Under the pieces are notes generated by a model. That model saw only the letters and a list, made by a program, of their open reading frames with translations, ran no database searches and was not told the DNA's origin. From the NCBI GenBank assembly GCA_020347685.1, contig CP070738.1, positions 2,038,986-2,084,926 on the forward strand: a stretch of DNA of 45,941 bases, written 5' to 3'. The DNA comes from Gammaproteobacteria bacterium (GTDB taxonomy: Bacteria > Pseudomonadota > Gammaproteobacteria > DSM-19610). A program made the position numbers and the translations under genes. Of this stretch, positions 30,940 through 42,780 are shown one piece after another (positions within the stretch are counted from its first letter, which is position 1; the number at the start of each line of letters is the position of its first letter).

Positions 30940-33255
30940 TTAGAGTTCGGGTGGCGGCGGCGCCAGCACCTCACGATTGCCGTTGGACTGCTGCGGGCCG
31001 ACGATTCCGGCCGTTTCCATCTGCTCGATCATGCGGGCGGCCCGATTGTAGCCGATCTTCAGGCGTCGCTGTACGCCGGAAATCGATGCGCGCCGGGTTT
31101 CGGTGACAATGCGCACGGCATCGTCATACAGCGGATCGGCCTCCGGGTCCTCGGCGCCGGACTGCCCGCTGCTACCGGGCAGGAAATCCGTGGTGGTCTG
31201 CAGAATACCCTCGATATAGTCCGGCTCGCCGCGCCCCTTGAGGTGATCCACAACGCGGTGCACCTCCGCATCGTCCACGTAGGCCCCGTGCACCCGGGTC
31301 GGCACCCCCGTGCCGGGTGCCAGGTACAGCATGTCGCCGTGACCGAGCAGCTGATCGGCGCCGCCCTGGTCCAGGATGGTTCTCGAATCGACTTTGGCCG
31401 AAACCTGGAAGGCGATACGGGTCGGAATATTCGCCTTGATGAGGCCGGTTATAACATCGACCGACGGACGCTGTGTCGCGAGGATCAGGTGGATACCGGC
31501 AGCGCGCGCTTTCTGCGCCAGGCGTGCGATCAGTTCCTCGACCTTCTTGCCCACCACCATCATGAGGTCGGCGAGCTCGTCGATGATGACCACGATGAAC
31601 GGCAACGGCTCGAGATCGGGCGGCTCCGGCTCCTCTTCCAGCAGTTCGTCCGGTTTGAACAACGGATCCGGTATCGGCTCACCGGCATCGATGGCTTCCT
31701 GCACCTTGCGGTTATAGCCACCGATGTTGCGTACCCCGAGCGCCGCCATCAGCTGGTAGCGGCGTTCCATCTCACCGACGCACCAGCGCAGCGCGTTGGC
31801 CGCCTCCTTCATGTCGGTGACCACCGGGGTCAGCAGATGCGGTATGCCTTCGTACACCGAGAGTTCCAGCATCTTCGGGTCGATCATGATAAGCCGCACG
31901 TCGCCGGGCAGCGACTTGTAGAGCAGGCTGAGTATCATGGCGTTGACCGCAACCGATTTGCCCGAACCGGTGGTGCCGGCAACCAGCAGGTGCGGCATGC
32001 GCGCCAGGTCCACCACCACCGGTTGGCCGCCGATGTCCTTGCCCAGGGCGAGTGTCAACGGTGAGCCGGCCTCGTCGTAGTCTGACGATTCGAGGATTTC
32101 GCTGAGCGCCACGATTTCGCGGCTCTCGTTGGGGATTTCCAGGCCGATCACCGATTTGCCCGGGATGACCTCGACGACCCGCACGCTGATCGCTGACAAA
32201 GCACGCGCCAGGTCTTTGGCCAGGTTGCTGATCTGGCTGACCTTGACGCCCGCGCCCGGCTGCAGTTCGAAGCGCGTGATGACAGGGCCCGGCTGCACCG
32301 CAACCACCTCGACTTCGATACCGAAATCCAGCAGTTTCATTTCGACCAGCCGCGACATGGCTTCCAGTGCTGATTCCGAATAGCCTTCGCTGTACTCGCG
32401 CGCTTCGTCCAGCAACGACAGCGGCGGCAGTTCGGTGTTGGGCGGGGCATCAAACAGCTTTACCTGGCGTTCCCGCTCAACCCGCTCGCTGGTTTCCACC
32501 TTCTTGATCACCGGTTCGATGCGCACCGGTTTGCGTTTGAAGACTTTCTGCTTTTCTTTTTTCTCCGCCACCTGTTCCTCGCGCTGGCGCCGCGCCCGGT
32601 AGCTGTCGAAACTGGTCTTCAGTTCCAGGAAACGTTCCGTCAGCCAGTCCATTGCCAGCAGTGTCATCTTGCCGGTCCAGTCCATGACACTGAGCCAGGA
32701 AAGTCCGGTAAACAGGGTCACGCCGGTCAGAAACAGCGCCAGCAGAAACAGCGTTGCCCCCATGAAACTGAACAGCGCGGCCAGCTGTTCTCCGACCAGG
32801 TTGCCAAATACGCCACCCGCGTCCAGCGGCAGGTCACCCGGAGCTACGCCGAAATGCAGGGTCGCCAGCCCGCAGCCCGAGGCCACCGTCAGCAGGAAGC
32901 CGGCCCAGCGCACGGCCAGCACATGCAGGTCGATCTTGCCGCTGGGCGTGGTGCGTCCGCGGAACACCAGCCAGCCACTAAAACCGACCATCAAGGGAAA
33001 CAGGTAGGCGAGATACCCGAACAGATACAGGAACACATCCGCGAACCAGGCGCCCACCACGCCGCCGTAGTTGTGGATGGCGTGGGCCGGTCCCCGGTGC
33101 GACCAGCCCGGATCCTGCGCGTGGTAACTGGACAGTGACAGCAACAGATAGGCGGCCAGCGCCGACAGCACGAACAGCGTGCCTTCGCGCAGACCCTTGG
33201 TGACATGCGGATGGATGGTCTGATTGTCCGCCTTTTTTCTACGCGCTTGAGCCAA
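30940..33255 (-). CDS. ftsK: DNA translocase FtsK
   Basis: N-terminal transmembrane segments, [35 protein letters not shown] and gamma-domain IGYNRAAR motifs. Confidence 0.97.
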   Translation of the reverse strand: MAQARRKKADNQTIHPHVTKGLREGTLFVLSALAAYLLLSLSSYHAQDPGWSHRGPAHAIHNYGGVVGAWFADVFLYLFGYLAYLFPLMVGFSGWLVFRGRTTPSGKIDLHVLAVRWAGFLLTVASGCGLATLHFGVAPGDLPLDAGGVFGNLVGEQLAALFSFMGATLFLLALFLTGVTLFTGLSWLSVMDWTGKMTLLAMDWLTERFLELKTSFDSYRARRQREEQVAEKKEKQKVFKRKPVRIEPVIKKVETSERVERERQVKLFDAPPNTELPPLSLLDEAREYSEGYSESALEAMSRLVEMKLLDFGIEVEVVAVQPGPVITRFELQPGAGVKVSQISNLAKDLARALSAISVRVVEVIPGKSVIGLEIPNESREIVALSEILESSDYDEAGSPLTLALGKDIGGQPVVVDLARMPHLLVAGTTGSGKSVAVNAMILSLLYKSLPGDVRLIMIDPKMLELSVYEGIPHLLTPVVTDMKEAANALRWCVGEMERRYQLMAALGVRNIGGYNRKVQEAIDAGEPIPDPLFKPDELLEEEPEPPDLEPLPFIVVIIDELADLMMVVGKKVEELIARLAQKARAAGIHLILATQRPSVDVITGLIKANIPTRIAFQVSAKVDSRTILDQGGADQLLGHGDMLYLAPGTGVPTRVHGAYVDDAEVHRVVDHLKGRGEPDYIEGILQTTTDFLPGSSGQSGAEDPEADPLYDDAVRIVTETRRASISGVQRRLKIGYNRAARMIEQMETAGIVGPQQSNGNREVLAPPPPEL

Positions 33256-33307
33256 GATGAGGAATTTAACTAACTATGTTGCTTAAATAATTAATAGTAC
33301 GAGTATT

Positions 33308-34381
33308 TTAAGTTGAGCTTTCGCTCGATAGCAAGGCCGGGTGACAAATCTCCCCGCCCCGCACGTTAAGCCCGCGCTGCAACTGGGTATTTGCTTCCAG
33401 GCCACCGTCCGCCAGCGCCAGCACATAGGGGATCAGCGCGGCAGAAAGCGCCTGGGAGGCGGTGCGCGGGACCGCCCCGGGCATGTTGGTAACCGCCAAA
33501 TGTACCACACCGTCGATGAGGTAGGTCGGTGACTGGTAAGTCGTGGGTCGGGTTGTCTCGATGCAGCCACCCTGGTCGACCGAGATATCCACAACGACGC
33601 TGCCGGGCTGCATCATACCAACCTGCCGCGCGGTTACCAGACGGGGTGCCCGCGCCCCGGGAATCAGCACCGCGCCGATCACCAGGTCGGCTTCGACCAC
33701 AGCGCTTTCCAGGCTGTCGGGATAGGGGTGCAGCGCGGTCACGTTGGCGCCCAGTTCGCGCATCGCATCCAGCCTGCTGCGCTTGCGGTCAAACACGGTC
33801 ACCTGGGCCCCCATGGCAGCGGCCAGACGCGCCGCGTTGCCACCGGCGCAACCGGCACCGATAACCGTGACCCGACCGCGCTCCGCGGCAGCCAGTCCGC
33901 CCAGCAACAACCCCTTGCCGCCTTGCGGGTGGTGCAGCAGGTTGGCGCCAATCTGCACGGAAAGCCGGCCGGCGATATCACTCATCGGTGCCAGCAGAGG
34001 CAGGTCCCCCGAATCTTCCTGGACGGTTTCGAATGCGATCGCGGTCAAACCCAGGTCGCACAGCCTCTCGGTCAGTTGCGGGTTCGCCGCCAGATGCAGG
34101 TAGCTGAAAAGAAGATGCTCGCCGTGCAGATAGCGCAAGTCCCCGTCCACGGGTTCCTTCACCTTGACGATGAGTTCTGCGCTTCCGTACAGGCTGGCCG
34201 CATCGGCTGTCAGGGTAGCGCCGGCGGCGCTGAAATCCGCGTCGCTGTAACCGCTCTGCACGCCCGCGCCGGATTCGACAAACACCTGGTGTCCCGCCGC
34301 ACTCAGTTCCGAGCACGCGGCCGGGATCAGCCCCACCCGCCCTTCCATCGGCTTTAGTTCGCGCGGAACTCCGATGCGCAT
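33308..34381 (-). CDS. ald: Alanine dehydrogenase
   Basis: IGVPRE, VKVKEP, YLHLAA, LPLLAPMS.IAGR, DISVDQGGC.ET and NMPGAVPRTAS motifs. Confidence 0.95.
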   Translation of the reverse strand: MRIGVPRELKPMEGRVGLIPAACSELSAAGHQVFVESGAGVQSGYSDADFSAAGATLTADAASLYGSAELIVKVKEPVDGDLRYLHGEHLLFSYLHLAANPQLTERLCDLGLTAIAFETVQEDSGDLPLLAPMSDIAGRLSVQIGANLLHHPQGGKGLLLGGLAAAERGRVTVIGAGCAGGNAARLAAAMGAQVTVFDRKRSRLDAMRELGANVTALHPYPDSLESAVVEADLVIGAVLIPGARAPRLVTARQVGMMQPGSVVVDISVDQGGCIETTRPTTYQSPTYLIDGVVHLAVTNMPGAVPRTASQALSAALIPYVLALADGGLEANTQLQRGLNVRGGEICHPALLSSESST

Positions 34382-34422
34382 CGCTACTCCTTTACCGGTT
34401 GTGGGACATTCCGTACCATTAG

Positions 34423-35481
<1,059 letters not shown>

Positions 35482-35535
35482 CCGCCCGGTCTCAGCGGGG
35501 CACGCCTGGCTGGCAGTCGCTGCTTATTCCGAGTG

Positions 35536-36192
35536 CTAGTTGACGATCTGTTCGTAGACGAAGCCGTGCAGGGCGAAGATGTCCTGCTGGTCGGTCAGTT
35601 CGAACTCCAGTCCGTGCGAGTAGTCGTCCGACCCGCTTTCATCTTCCAGGTGCACGTTGCGCAGCAACGCCGGTATTTTCAGCAGCTTTTCGCTCTTGCC
35701 GACCTTTACCAGGCAGTTCAGCTCGAGCCGGTCGCCCACATCGCCAAGCGCCTCGCCGGCAATGACCTGGGCGCCGGATGTGCTGATATCGACCACGGTG
35801 ACCGGCTGAGGTTTCTCGGACTGGTACTCCGGGTTGCTGTTCTTTGCCGATGCGAACAACTTTACCCGCACCCGCTGTGCCTTGCGCACCGTGATCTGTT
35901 CCATTTCCTCGGGATAGGACAGATGCAGGTAGGGATAAGGAACGGCACAGCTGCGCAGCACGGTGGTGGCAAAACCGACGATCCGGTTACCGATCATCAC
36001 GCGCGCCACGAAGGGCTGCCCCTCCCGGATGATCATCACCTTGTCCTTGACTCGCGGCGTGGTGACCAGCAGGCTGTGCCCGGGTAGATAACCGATCACT
36101 TTCACTTGTACGCGCCGGCTGCGCTCGCCACCATCGCGTGGCTGGAGTTGCAGTGGCTCGCCCACGTGGAGTTTCAGATCGGAATGGGTCAT
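35536..36192 (-). CDS. YcgR-like (PilZN plus PilZ) c-di-GMP-binding protein
   Basis: N-terminal VIGY.PG.SLLVTTP...PYPYLHLSYP pattern followed by RKAQR and DISTSG. Start uncertain (36192 or 36201). Confidence 0.85.
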   Translation of the reverse strand: MTHSDLKLHVGEPLQLQPRDGGERSRRVQVKVIGYLPGHSLLVTTPRVKDKVMIIREGQPFVARVMIGNRIVGFATTVLRSCAVPYPYLHLSYPEEMEQITVRKAQRVRVKLFASAKNSNPEYQSEKPQPVTVVDISTSGAQVIAGEALGDVGDRLELNCLVKVGKSEKLLKIPALLRNVHLEDESGSDDYSHGLEFELTDQQDIFALHGFVYEQIVN

Positions 36193-36301
36193 GGGCACCA
36201 TTGTATAGCAAAACGTATTGATTCCCATACAAATAAATACCCCTCGCCGGGGCGGACCGGGAATCATTTCTGCCTGCCGCCGGCTTGGTTAAAATAGCGG
36301 C

Positions 36302-37447
36302 ATGGAACTGAAGATCCTCACGGCCATTGCAGATGTCGAGGCCGGACAGTGGAACGCGCTGGCGGGTACCGGCAACCCGTTTCTGCGCCATGAGTTCCTC
36401 GCCGCCCTGGAACGCAATGGCTGTGTCGGCGAACAACACGGCTGGATTCCCCGCCATCTGGCCGCGATCGGCGAACGCGGGCAGCTGCTCGGTGCGGTAC
36501 CGCTCTATCTCAAGGACAATTCCTATGGCGAATTCGTGTTCGACTGGGCATGGGCGGACGCCTACCAGCGGAATGGCCTGTCCTATTACCCGAAAGCCGT
36601 GGTCGCGGTCCCCTACACGCCCGCAACCGGCCCCCGGCTGCTGATTGCCGAAAACGCCGATCGCCAGTTCCTGTCGGCACAGCTCATCCAGCTGGCGCAG
36701 GAATGGTCCAGAGCCGAGCGGCTCTCGTCCCTGCACTGGCTGTTTACCGATCCGCTCGACACACAGACGCTGGAGCAGTCGGGCCTTATGCTGAGGCTGG
36801 GCTGTCAGTTCCACTGGCGCAACCAGGGTTACCGGGACTTTGACGATTACCTGGACAGTTTCAGCTCGCGAAAACGGAAGAAGGTGCGCCGCGAACGGCG
36901 CTACGTGAGTGAACAGGATATCGAGTTGCGCGTGGTGCACGGGCACCAGGCCAGCGATGAGCAATTGCAGGTCATGTCCGATTTCTACCGCACGACTTTC
37001 GAGAAGAAGTGGGGTTACCCTACTTTGAATCTGGCCTTCTTCCGTGACCTTGCCGCGAACATGGGAGACCAGCTGGTGTTTTTTATCGCCTACAAGCAGC
37101 AAACGATCGTTGCCGGCGCCATTTGCCTGCGCAGCGCCGATACCCTGTACGGGCGACACTGGGGCTGCTACCAGGACTACCACAGCCTGCATTTCGAGGC
37201 CTGCTATTACCAGGGCATCGACTATTGCATCAGCCACGGGCTGAAGACTTTTGAACCCGGTGCACAGGGCGAGCACAAAATCAGCCGCGGTTTTCTGCCC
37301 ACTCCGACCTGGTCGGCACACTGGATTGCACACCAGGGCTTCCGGGAGATCATTGGTCGTTTCCTGCAACAGGAAACCGGTGCCATGCGCGACTATATGG
37401 AGGATTTATCCGGGCAGTCACCGTTCAAGGAGAACCAGGCGGCATGA
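36302..37447 (+). CDS. FemAB-like GNAT-fold protein of unknown function
   Basis: [29 protein letters not shown]...[27 protein letters not shown] and [12 protein letters not shown] motifs. ATGA-coupled to aat. Confidence 0.88.
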   Translation: MELKILTAIADVEAGQWNALAGTGNPFLRHEFLAALERNGCVGEQHGWIPRHLAAIGERGQLLGAVPLYLKDNSYGEFVFDWAWADAYQRNGLSYYPKAVVAVPYTPATGPRLLIAENADRQFLSAQLIQLAQEWSRAERLSSLHWLFTDPLDTQTLEQSGLMLRLGCQFHWRNQGYRDFDDYLDSFSSRKRKKVRRERRYVSEQDIELRVVHGHQASDEQLQVMSDFYRTTFEKKWGYPTLNLAFFRDLAANMGDQLVFFIAYKQQTIVAGAICLRSADTLYGRHWGCYQDYHSLHFEACYYQGIDYCISHGLKTFEPGAQGEHKISRGFLPTPTWSAHWIAHQGFREIIGRFLQQETGAMRDYMEDLSGQSPFKENQAA

Positions 37448-38172
37448 GCGCCGAGGGCCCGTTCTGGATTCATCCCAGCGATACCAGTCTGGCTTTCCCC
37501 GATGTCAGCCTGGCGTTGCGCGAGCCCGATGGCCTGCTGGCGGTCGGTGGCGACCTGGCCCCGGACAGAATCCTGGCCGGCTATCGCAAGGGTATCTTTC
37601 CCTGGTACGGTGACGATCAGCCAATCCTGTGGTGGTCACCGGACCCGCGCACAGTGCTATTCCCGGCGCGTTTCAAAGTTTCCCGAAGCCTGCGCAAAAC
37701 CCTGCGCAAGGGACGATTCCGGGTCACCATGGACCGCGCTTTCGAAGACGTCATCCGTGCCTGTGCCGCGCCACGGCGTGCCGGCACCGGCACCTGGATC
37801 ACCCGTGAAATGGCGGCGGCGTACACCGCTCTGCACCACAGCGGGTATGCGCACTCCGTGGAATGCTGGCTCGATGACCAGCTGGCGGGCGGGATCTACG
37901 GTGTGGCGATCGGCAAGATTTTTTTCGGGGAATCCATGTTCAGTCGCGCAACGGACGCGTCGAAAGTGGCATTCGCGGTCCTGACAAGACAGTTGCGCGC
38001 CTGGGGCTTCGCGCTGATTGATTGCCAGGTTCATTCGCCACACCTTGCCAGCCTTGGCGCCGAGCAGATTTCGCGCCGGGAATTCATCAACTACCTGGAT
38101 GCCTGGTGCCCGGTGGCGCATGACAACCCTGCGTGGCGGCTGCAGCCTGCGCTGGCCAGCGGGCCCTGGTAA
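37444..38172 (+). CDS. aat: Leucyl/phenylalanyl-tRNA--protein transferase
   Basis: [39 protein letters not shown] and ASKVA motifs. Confidence 0.97.
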   Translation: MSAEGPFWIHPSDTSLAFPDVSLALREPDGLLAVGGDLAPDRILAGYRKGIFPWYGDDQPILWWSPDPRTVLFPARFKVSRSLRKTLRKGRFRVTMDRAFEDVIRACAAPRRAGTGTWITREMAAAYTALHHSGYAHSVECWLDDQLAGGIYGVAIGKIFFGESMFSRATDASKVAFAVLTRQLRAWGFALIDCQVHSPHLASLGAEQISRREFINYLDAWCPVAHDNPAWRLQPALASGPW

Positions 38173-38183
38173 GGGTTACTGTC

Positions 38184-38927
38184 ATGCACGACGACAACCC
38201 GTTACGCGAACAGGAGCTGCGGTTTTTTGCCACGGCACCGAGGGATTGTTCCTATCTCGCGGATCGCAGCGCAATTTCGGTGTTCGCCGACCCCGACGCA
38301 CGGCTGTCTACCGCCGTGTACCAGCAGCTTGCCGGCTTCGGCTTCCGCCGCAGCGGCAACGATCTTTATGTGCCGGCCTGTCCGGGCTGCTCGGAATGCA
38401 TCCCGGTCCGAATACCGGTGAAGCAGTTCAAACGCAGCCGCAATCAGCAGAAAATCTGGAACCGCAACCTCGACCTCGAATTTACTGTGCTTCCCGCTCA
38501 GTACCGCGATGAGCACTTCGAGCTGTATGCGCGCTATCTCAGCCGCCGGCACCCCGGCGGCGGGATGGATCAGCCCACACCCGACGATTACATGAACTTC
38601 CTGACCAGTAACTGGTGTGAAACGCTGTTCCTTGAATTCCGGCTCGCAGATACGCCGGTTGCCGTTGCAGTCACCGATCGCCTGGGCAATGCGCTGTCGG
38701 CTGTGTACACCTTCTTCGATCCGGCGCTGTCCCGGCGCAGCCTGGGGACTTACTCGGTGCTGCGCCAGATCCAGCTTGGGCGTGAACTTGCCTGTGACTG
38801 GCACTACCTGGGTTACTGGATCCCCGGCTGCGGGAAGATGGACTACAAGAACCGTTTCCGGCCGCTGCAGGCGTATCAGAATGGCAACTGGATCTCGCTG
38901 GGCACCCGCCCCGCCGGCGAGTCGTAA
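38184..38927 (+). CDS. bpt: ATE1-like Asp/Glu leucyltransferase (Bpt)
   Basis: CSYL, GFRRSG...Y.P.C..C..C.P.R, LSAVYTFFDP, SLGT, YLGYWI and KM.YK..FRP motifs. Start at ATG 38184. Confidence 0.92.
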   Translation: MHDDNPLREQELRFFATAPRDCSYLADRSAISVFADPDARLSTAVYQQLAGFGFRRSGNDLYVPACPGCSECIPVRIPVKQFKRSRNQQKIWNRNLDLEFTVLPAQYRDEHFELYARYLSRRHPGGGMDQPTPDDYMNFLTSNWCETLFLEFRLADTPVAVAVTDRLGNALSAVYTFFDPALSRRSLGTYSVLRQIQLGRELACDWHYLGYWIPGCGKMDYKNRFRPLQAYQNGNWISLGTRPAGES

Positions 38928-39008
38928 TCCGACCGGAGCTGATTGAGGGTCAAGCGATTACGGCGGGCTGCCGCTAAACCGCGCGTATTGGCGAACGGGA
39001 AGCGGCTT

Positions 39009-39317
39009 GTGTTGAGTCATCTGTATCGAATCGCGGCAGAATTCGAGCACCGCCACGGTGTGATGCCGAACCTGCTATATCTTAATCACGCGCATTTCGA
39101 ACAACTGGAACAGGCGCTGAGCGGACTGCGCGACAGCGCAGCACTGCTGCGCAATCTCGACATGGCGGTGGTCCTGCAACAGGATGTGGTACATCCACGG
39201 GTGGCCTGGAGCGCGGTTCGCGCCCGGGCAGTGTCGGGACAAGGTCGAGCCGGGGACGGCGGCCCGTCTATCCACAATGGGGTAGGCCGCGGGCAGTCAT
39301 GGCTCGATCCGCTATAA
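39009..39317 (+). CDS. Small hypothetical protein
   Basis: Protein-like core LSHLYRIAAEFEHRHGVMPNLLYLN...HPRVAW fills the bpt-infA gap. Start (39009 or 39012) and low-complexity tail are uncertain. Confidence 0.6.
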   Translation: MLSHLYRIAAEFEHRHGVMPNLLYLNHAHFEQLEQALSGLRDSAALLRNLDMAVVLQQDVVHPRVAWSAVRARAVSGQGRAGDGGPSIHNGVGRGQSWLDPL

Positions 39318-39324
39318 TGCGCGG
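39313..39324 (+). promoter_or_regulatory. Putative -10 element of infA with GC-rich discriminator
   Basis: TATAAT-GCGCGG, about 35 nt upstream of the infA start. Confidence 0.6.
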
Positions 39325-39352
39325 CTAACGCCAGCAATGCTACGAGTGAGGA

Positions 39353-39571
39353 ATGGCAAAAGAAGATCACATTGAAATGGAGGGCACGGTCGTGGAGACC
39401 CTCCCCAACACAATGTTCCGCGTCGAGCTCGAGAACGGCCACGTGGTAACGGCGCACATCTCCGGCAAGATGCGCAAGCACTACATCCGGATCCTTACCG
39501 GAGACAAAGTCACAGTGCAGCTCACGCCTTACGACCTCAGCAAGGGCCGCATTACCTACCGCGCCCGCTGA
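39353..39571 (+). CDS. infA: Translation initiation factor IF-1
   Basis: [27 protein letters not shown]...HISGKMRK, 72 aa. Confidence 0.99.
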   Translation: MAKEDHIEMEGTVVETLPNTMFRVELENGHVVTAHISGKMRKHYIRILTGDKVTVQLTPYDLSKGRITYRAR

Positions 39572-39604
39572 CACCTGCAGCCAGCGGCCGCACAGCCCGG
39601 CCCG

Positions 39605-41866
39605 CTACAGAACCTCTTCCTCCAGCCTGATATCCTGAACCAGCCGGTCGTCCTCGGCGCGGATAATCAGGTGGCCGCCGTTCGCCAGGCGGCCGAACAG
39701 CAATTCCTCCGCCAGCGGTTTCTTGATGTGTTCCTGGATCACGCGGGCCATGGGACGGGCACCCATCTTGGCATCGAAACCATGCTCAGCCAGCCACTCG
39801 CGGGCAGAATCCTCGACATCGAGCGTAACGCCTTTTTCCTGCAACTGGGCTTCGAGCTCATAGATGAACTTGTCGACCACCCGGGTGATCACGGCCGGGT
39901 CCAGTGACCGGAACTGAATGATGGCGTCGAGCCGGTTGCGGAACTCGGGACTGAACAGCTTGCGGATCGCTTCCATTCCGTCGCTGGAGTGATCCTGGTG
40001 CGTGAAGCCGATAGAGGGTCGGCTGATCTCGCTGGCACCCGCATTGGTGGTCATCACGATAACAACATTGCGGAAATCCGCCTTGCGTCCGTTGTTGTCG
40101 GTGAGGGTACCGTGGTCCATGACCTGCAGTAGCAGGTTGAAGACATCCGGGTGTGCCTTTTCCACCTCATCCAGCAGCAGCACAGAGTGGGGATGCTTGG
40201 TGATCGCCTCGGTGAGCAGGCCGCCCTGGTCAAACCCGACATAGCCGGGCGGAGCGCCGATGAGGCGCGACACGGTGTGGCGCTCCATATACTCCGACAT
40301 GTCGAACCGGATGAGCTCGATCCCCATGATCAGGGCCAGCTGGCGCGTGACCTCCGTCTTTCCGACCCCGGTGGGTCCGGCGAACAGGAAAGAGCCGATG
40401 GGTTTCTGTTCGTTGCCGAGCCCGGAACGCGACATCTTGATTGCACCGGCCAGCGTGTCGATCGCTTCATCCTGTCCGTACACCACCATTTTGAGGTCAC
40501 GCTCGAGGGTGCGCAGCGAATCCTTGTCCGAGGCGGACACGGTCTTCGGCGGTATGCGGGCGATCTTGGAGATGATTGCCTCGATATCCGCAACGCCGAT
40601 GGTTTTCTTACGCCGCGAAGGCGGCAACAGGCGCTGGTTGGCGCCGGCCTCATCGATCACATCGATTGCCTTGTCGGGCAGGAAACGGTCATTGATATAA
40701 CGTGACGAAAGCTCCACCGCGGCGCGCAGCGCCTTGGCCGAGTATTTCACGTCGTGATGCTCCTCGAAGCGCGACTTGAGTCCCTTGAGGATGCTGACAG
40801 CTTCATCGATGGTCGGTTCCACCACATCGATTTTCTGGAAACGCCGCGCCAGTGCGCGGTCTTTCTCGAAAATGCCACGGTATTCGTGGTAGGTCGTCGA
40901 GCCGATGCACTTCAGGTCCCCCGAAGCCAGCATCGGCTTGATCAGATTGGATGCATCCATCACCCCGCCCGAGGCAGCGCCGGCGCCGATGATAGTGTGG
41001 ATTTCGTCGATAAACAGGATGGCACCGGGTTCCTTGCGCAGTTGACTGAGGACGCTCTTGAGGCGTTTTTCAAAATCGCCGCGATACTTGGTGCCGGCCA
41101 CCAGCGCGCCGAGATCGAGCGAGTAGATGGTGCTGTTCAGGAGCACTTCCGGAACGTCGCCGTCCACTATCAGCTTGGCGAGCCCCTCCGCCAGGGCGGT
41201 CTTGCCTACCCCTGCCTCGCCGACATACAGCGGGTTGTTCTTGCGCCGTCGGCACAGAATCTGAATGGTCCGTTCCACCTCGGAACGGCGGCCGATGAGC
41301 GGATCGATCTTGCCGCGCATCGCCATTTCGTGGAGATTGGTCGCGAAGACCTCGAGCGGTTTCTTCTGGCTGTTGTCGGCACTGCCGACGCCCTCGGACT
41401 CGGCGCTCGGCTCGCTCTCGGGCTGGTCGCCCGCCAGCTTGGAGATGCCGTGCGAAATATAATTGACCACGTCGAGGCGGGTGATGTCCTGCTTGTTCAG
41501 GAAATAAGCCGCCTGAGATTCCTGCTCGCTGAATATCGCTACCAGCACGTTGGCGCCGGTGACTTCCTTCTTGCCGGAGTACTGCACATAGAACACGGCA
41601 CGCTGCAGTACGCGTTGAAAGCCGAGCGTCGGCTGGGTTTCCCGGTTGTCGCTGGCAGGGAGAAGCGGTGTTGTCTCGCTGAGAAATGCGCTGAGCTCTT
41701 GCTTCAGCTTTTCCAGATCGGCGCCGCAGGATTTCAATACCTCGGCCGCAGTGGGATTATCCAGTAATGCGAGCAGTAAGTGCTCGACTGTCATGAATTC
41801 GTGACGTTTTTCCCTGGCCTCTTTAAAGGCGAGGTTCAGGGTGAACTCCAGTTCCTTGCTTAACAT
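39605..41866 (-). CDS. clpA: ATP-dependent Clp protease ATP-binding subunit ClpA
   Basis: [21 protein letters not shown] and GPTGVGKT Walker A motifs, IGF loop, no ClpB middle domain. Follows clpS. Confidence 0.98.
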   Translation of the reverse strand: MLSKELEFTLNLAFKEAREKRHEFMTVEHLLLALLDNPTAAEVLKSCGADLEKLKQELSAFLSETTPLLPASDNRETQPTLGFQRVLQRAVFYVQYSGKKEVTGANVLVAIFSEQESQAAYFLNKQDITRLDVVNYISHGISKLAGDQPESEPSAESEGVGSADNSQKKPLEVFATNLHEMAMRGKIDPLIGRRSEVERTIQILCRRRKNNPLYVGEAGVGKTALAEGLAKLIVDGDVPEVLLNSTIYSLDLGALVAGTKYRGDFEKRLKSVLSQLRKEPGAILFIDEIHTIIGAGAASGGVMDASNLIKPMLASGDLKCIGSTTYHEYRGIFEKDRALARRFQKIDVVEPTIDEAVSILKGLKSRFEEHHDVKYSAKALRAAVELSSRYINDRFLPDKAIDVIDEAGANQRLLPPSRRKKTIGVADIEAIISKIARIPPKTVSASDKDSLRTLERDLKMVVYGQDEAIDTLAGAIKMSRSGLGNEQKPIGSFLFAGPTGVGKTEVTRQLALIMGIELIRFDMSEYMERHTVSRLIGAPPGYVGFDQGGLLTEAITKHPHSVLLLDEVEKAHPDVFNLLLQVMDHGTLTDNNGRKADFRNVVIVMTTNAGASEISRPSIGFTHQDHSSDGMEAIRKLFSPEFRNRLDAIIQFRSLDPAVITRVVDKFIYELEAQLQEKGVTLDVEDSAREWLAEHGFDAKMGARPMARVIQEHIKKPLAEELLFGRLANGGHLIIRAEDDRLVQDIRLEEEVL

Positions 41867-41888
41867 GTGTGACTACCTCATTGCTCTT

Positions 41889-42209
41889 CTAGGCCTCCTC
41901 CATGGCGCACAGTAAGGGGTGTTTGTTTTGTCGTGAATATTCGTTTACCTGTGCCACCTTCGTCTCGGCAATTTCGCGGGTAAAAACGCCGCATACACCC
42001 TTCCCCCTGGTATGCACGTGTAGCATTACCTGCGTTGCTTTCTCTCTCGACATGCCAAAAAACTGCTCCAGCAACATGACTACGAACTCCATGGGCGTGT
42101 AGTCATCGTTGTGCAGAACTACCTTGTAGAGGCGCGGGCGCTTTACCTTCGGGCGCGCCTCCAGCACCGAAAGCCCATGATCCGGGGACTGTCCTGTATC
42201 CTTTCCCAT
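41889..42209 (-). CDS. clpS: ClpAP adaptor ClpS
   Basis: [26 protein letters not shown] and AETK motifs. Confidence 0.97.
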   Translation of the reverse strand: MGKDTGQSPDHGLSVLEARPKVKRPRLYKVVLHNDDYTPMEFVVMLLEQFFGMSREKATQVMLHVHTRGKGVCGVFTREIAETKVAQVNEYSRQNKHPLLCAMEEA

Positions 42210-42344
42210 GGCCCGATTGTACCCGATTCAACTGCAAAACGCTGAAATCCCGGTCTATGTTGAACAGCATACACCGGCTTTGGGTTCAAGCAAACACCAG
42301 GCTTAAGCCCGTGATCCCCGAAGCTTTTCGGCAGCAGCGGCGAC

Positions 42345-42376
42345 TTGACTAATGGGGCTCAGGGTCTAAAAATAAT
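42345..42376 (+). promoter_or_regulatory. Possible sigma70 promoter of cspD
   Basis: TTGACT followed after 16-17 nt by TAAAAATAAT. Confidence 0.4.
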
Positions 42377-42495
42377 GGATGGCCCGACGCGGCCAAAGGA
42401 GGAGTCGTTCTCATGCCGCAGAGCGTGAGGCGGCGCAATTTCAATAAGAAACAGGCGGCATAGCCGCCGGACAAAGCAGTGAGGATCGTACAATC

Positions 42496-42711
42496 ATGGC
42501 AACAGGAATTGTTAAATGGTTCAGTAACGCAAAGGGTTACGGTTTTATCTCTCCGGATGAAGGCGGTGATGACATTTTCGCGCATTTTTCCGCGATTGAG
42601 ATGGAAGGCTACAAGAGCTTAAAGGAAGGCCAGCGCGTCGAGTTCGACGTATCCAACGGCCCCAAAGGATTACAGGCCAACAAAATAATGCTCGCGAACG
42701 CGGTGCAGTAG
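42496..42711 (+). CDS. cspD: Cold-shock domain protein CspD
   Basis: [13 protein letters not shown] and [15 protein letters not shown] motifs. Divergent from clpS, as in other gammaproteobacteria. Confidence 0.92.
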   Translation: MATGIVKWFSNAKGYGFISPDEGGDDIFAHFSAIEMEGYKSLKEGQRVEFDVSNGPKGLQANKIMLANAVQ

Positions 42712-42735
42712 CGTTCAGCCGGGCTGGCGGCTACA

Positions 42736-42766
42736 CACCCTGCCCGCCAATCGGGCAGGCAGGGTG
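42736..42766. terminator. GC-rich hairpin between convergent cspD and icd
   Basis: CACCCTGCC / GGCAGGGTG arms with an inner GCC/GGC stem. No clear U-tract. Confidence 0.45.
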
Positions 42767-42780
42767 ATTGCGGGCCGCCG

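Noticed and set aside
33256-33307. LexA box or dif site upstream of ftsK
   Set aside because: AT-rich, but no CTGT-N8-ACAG and no XerC/XerD arm match.
35987-37369. 460-aa antisense ORF, and similar long shadow ORFs (9019-9945, 13178-14233, 15372-16454, 29223-30362, 30859-32064, 40754-41767, 44186-45187)
   Set aside because: They lie antisense to well-supported genes, have no recognisable motifs, and are expected from GC-rich codon bias.
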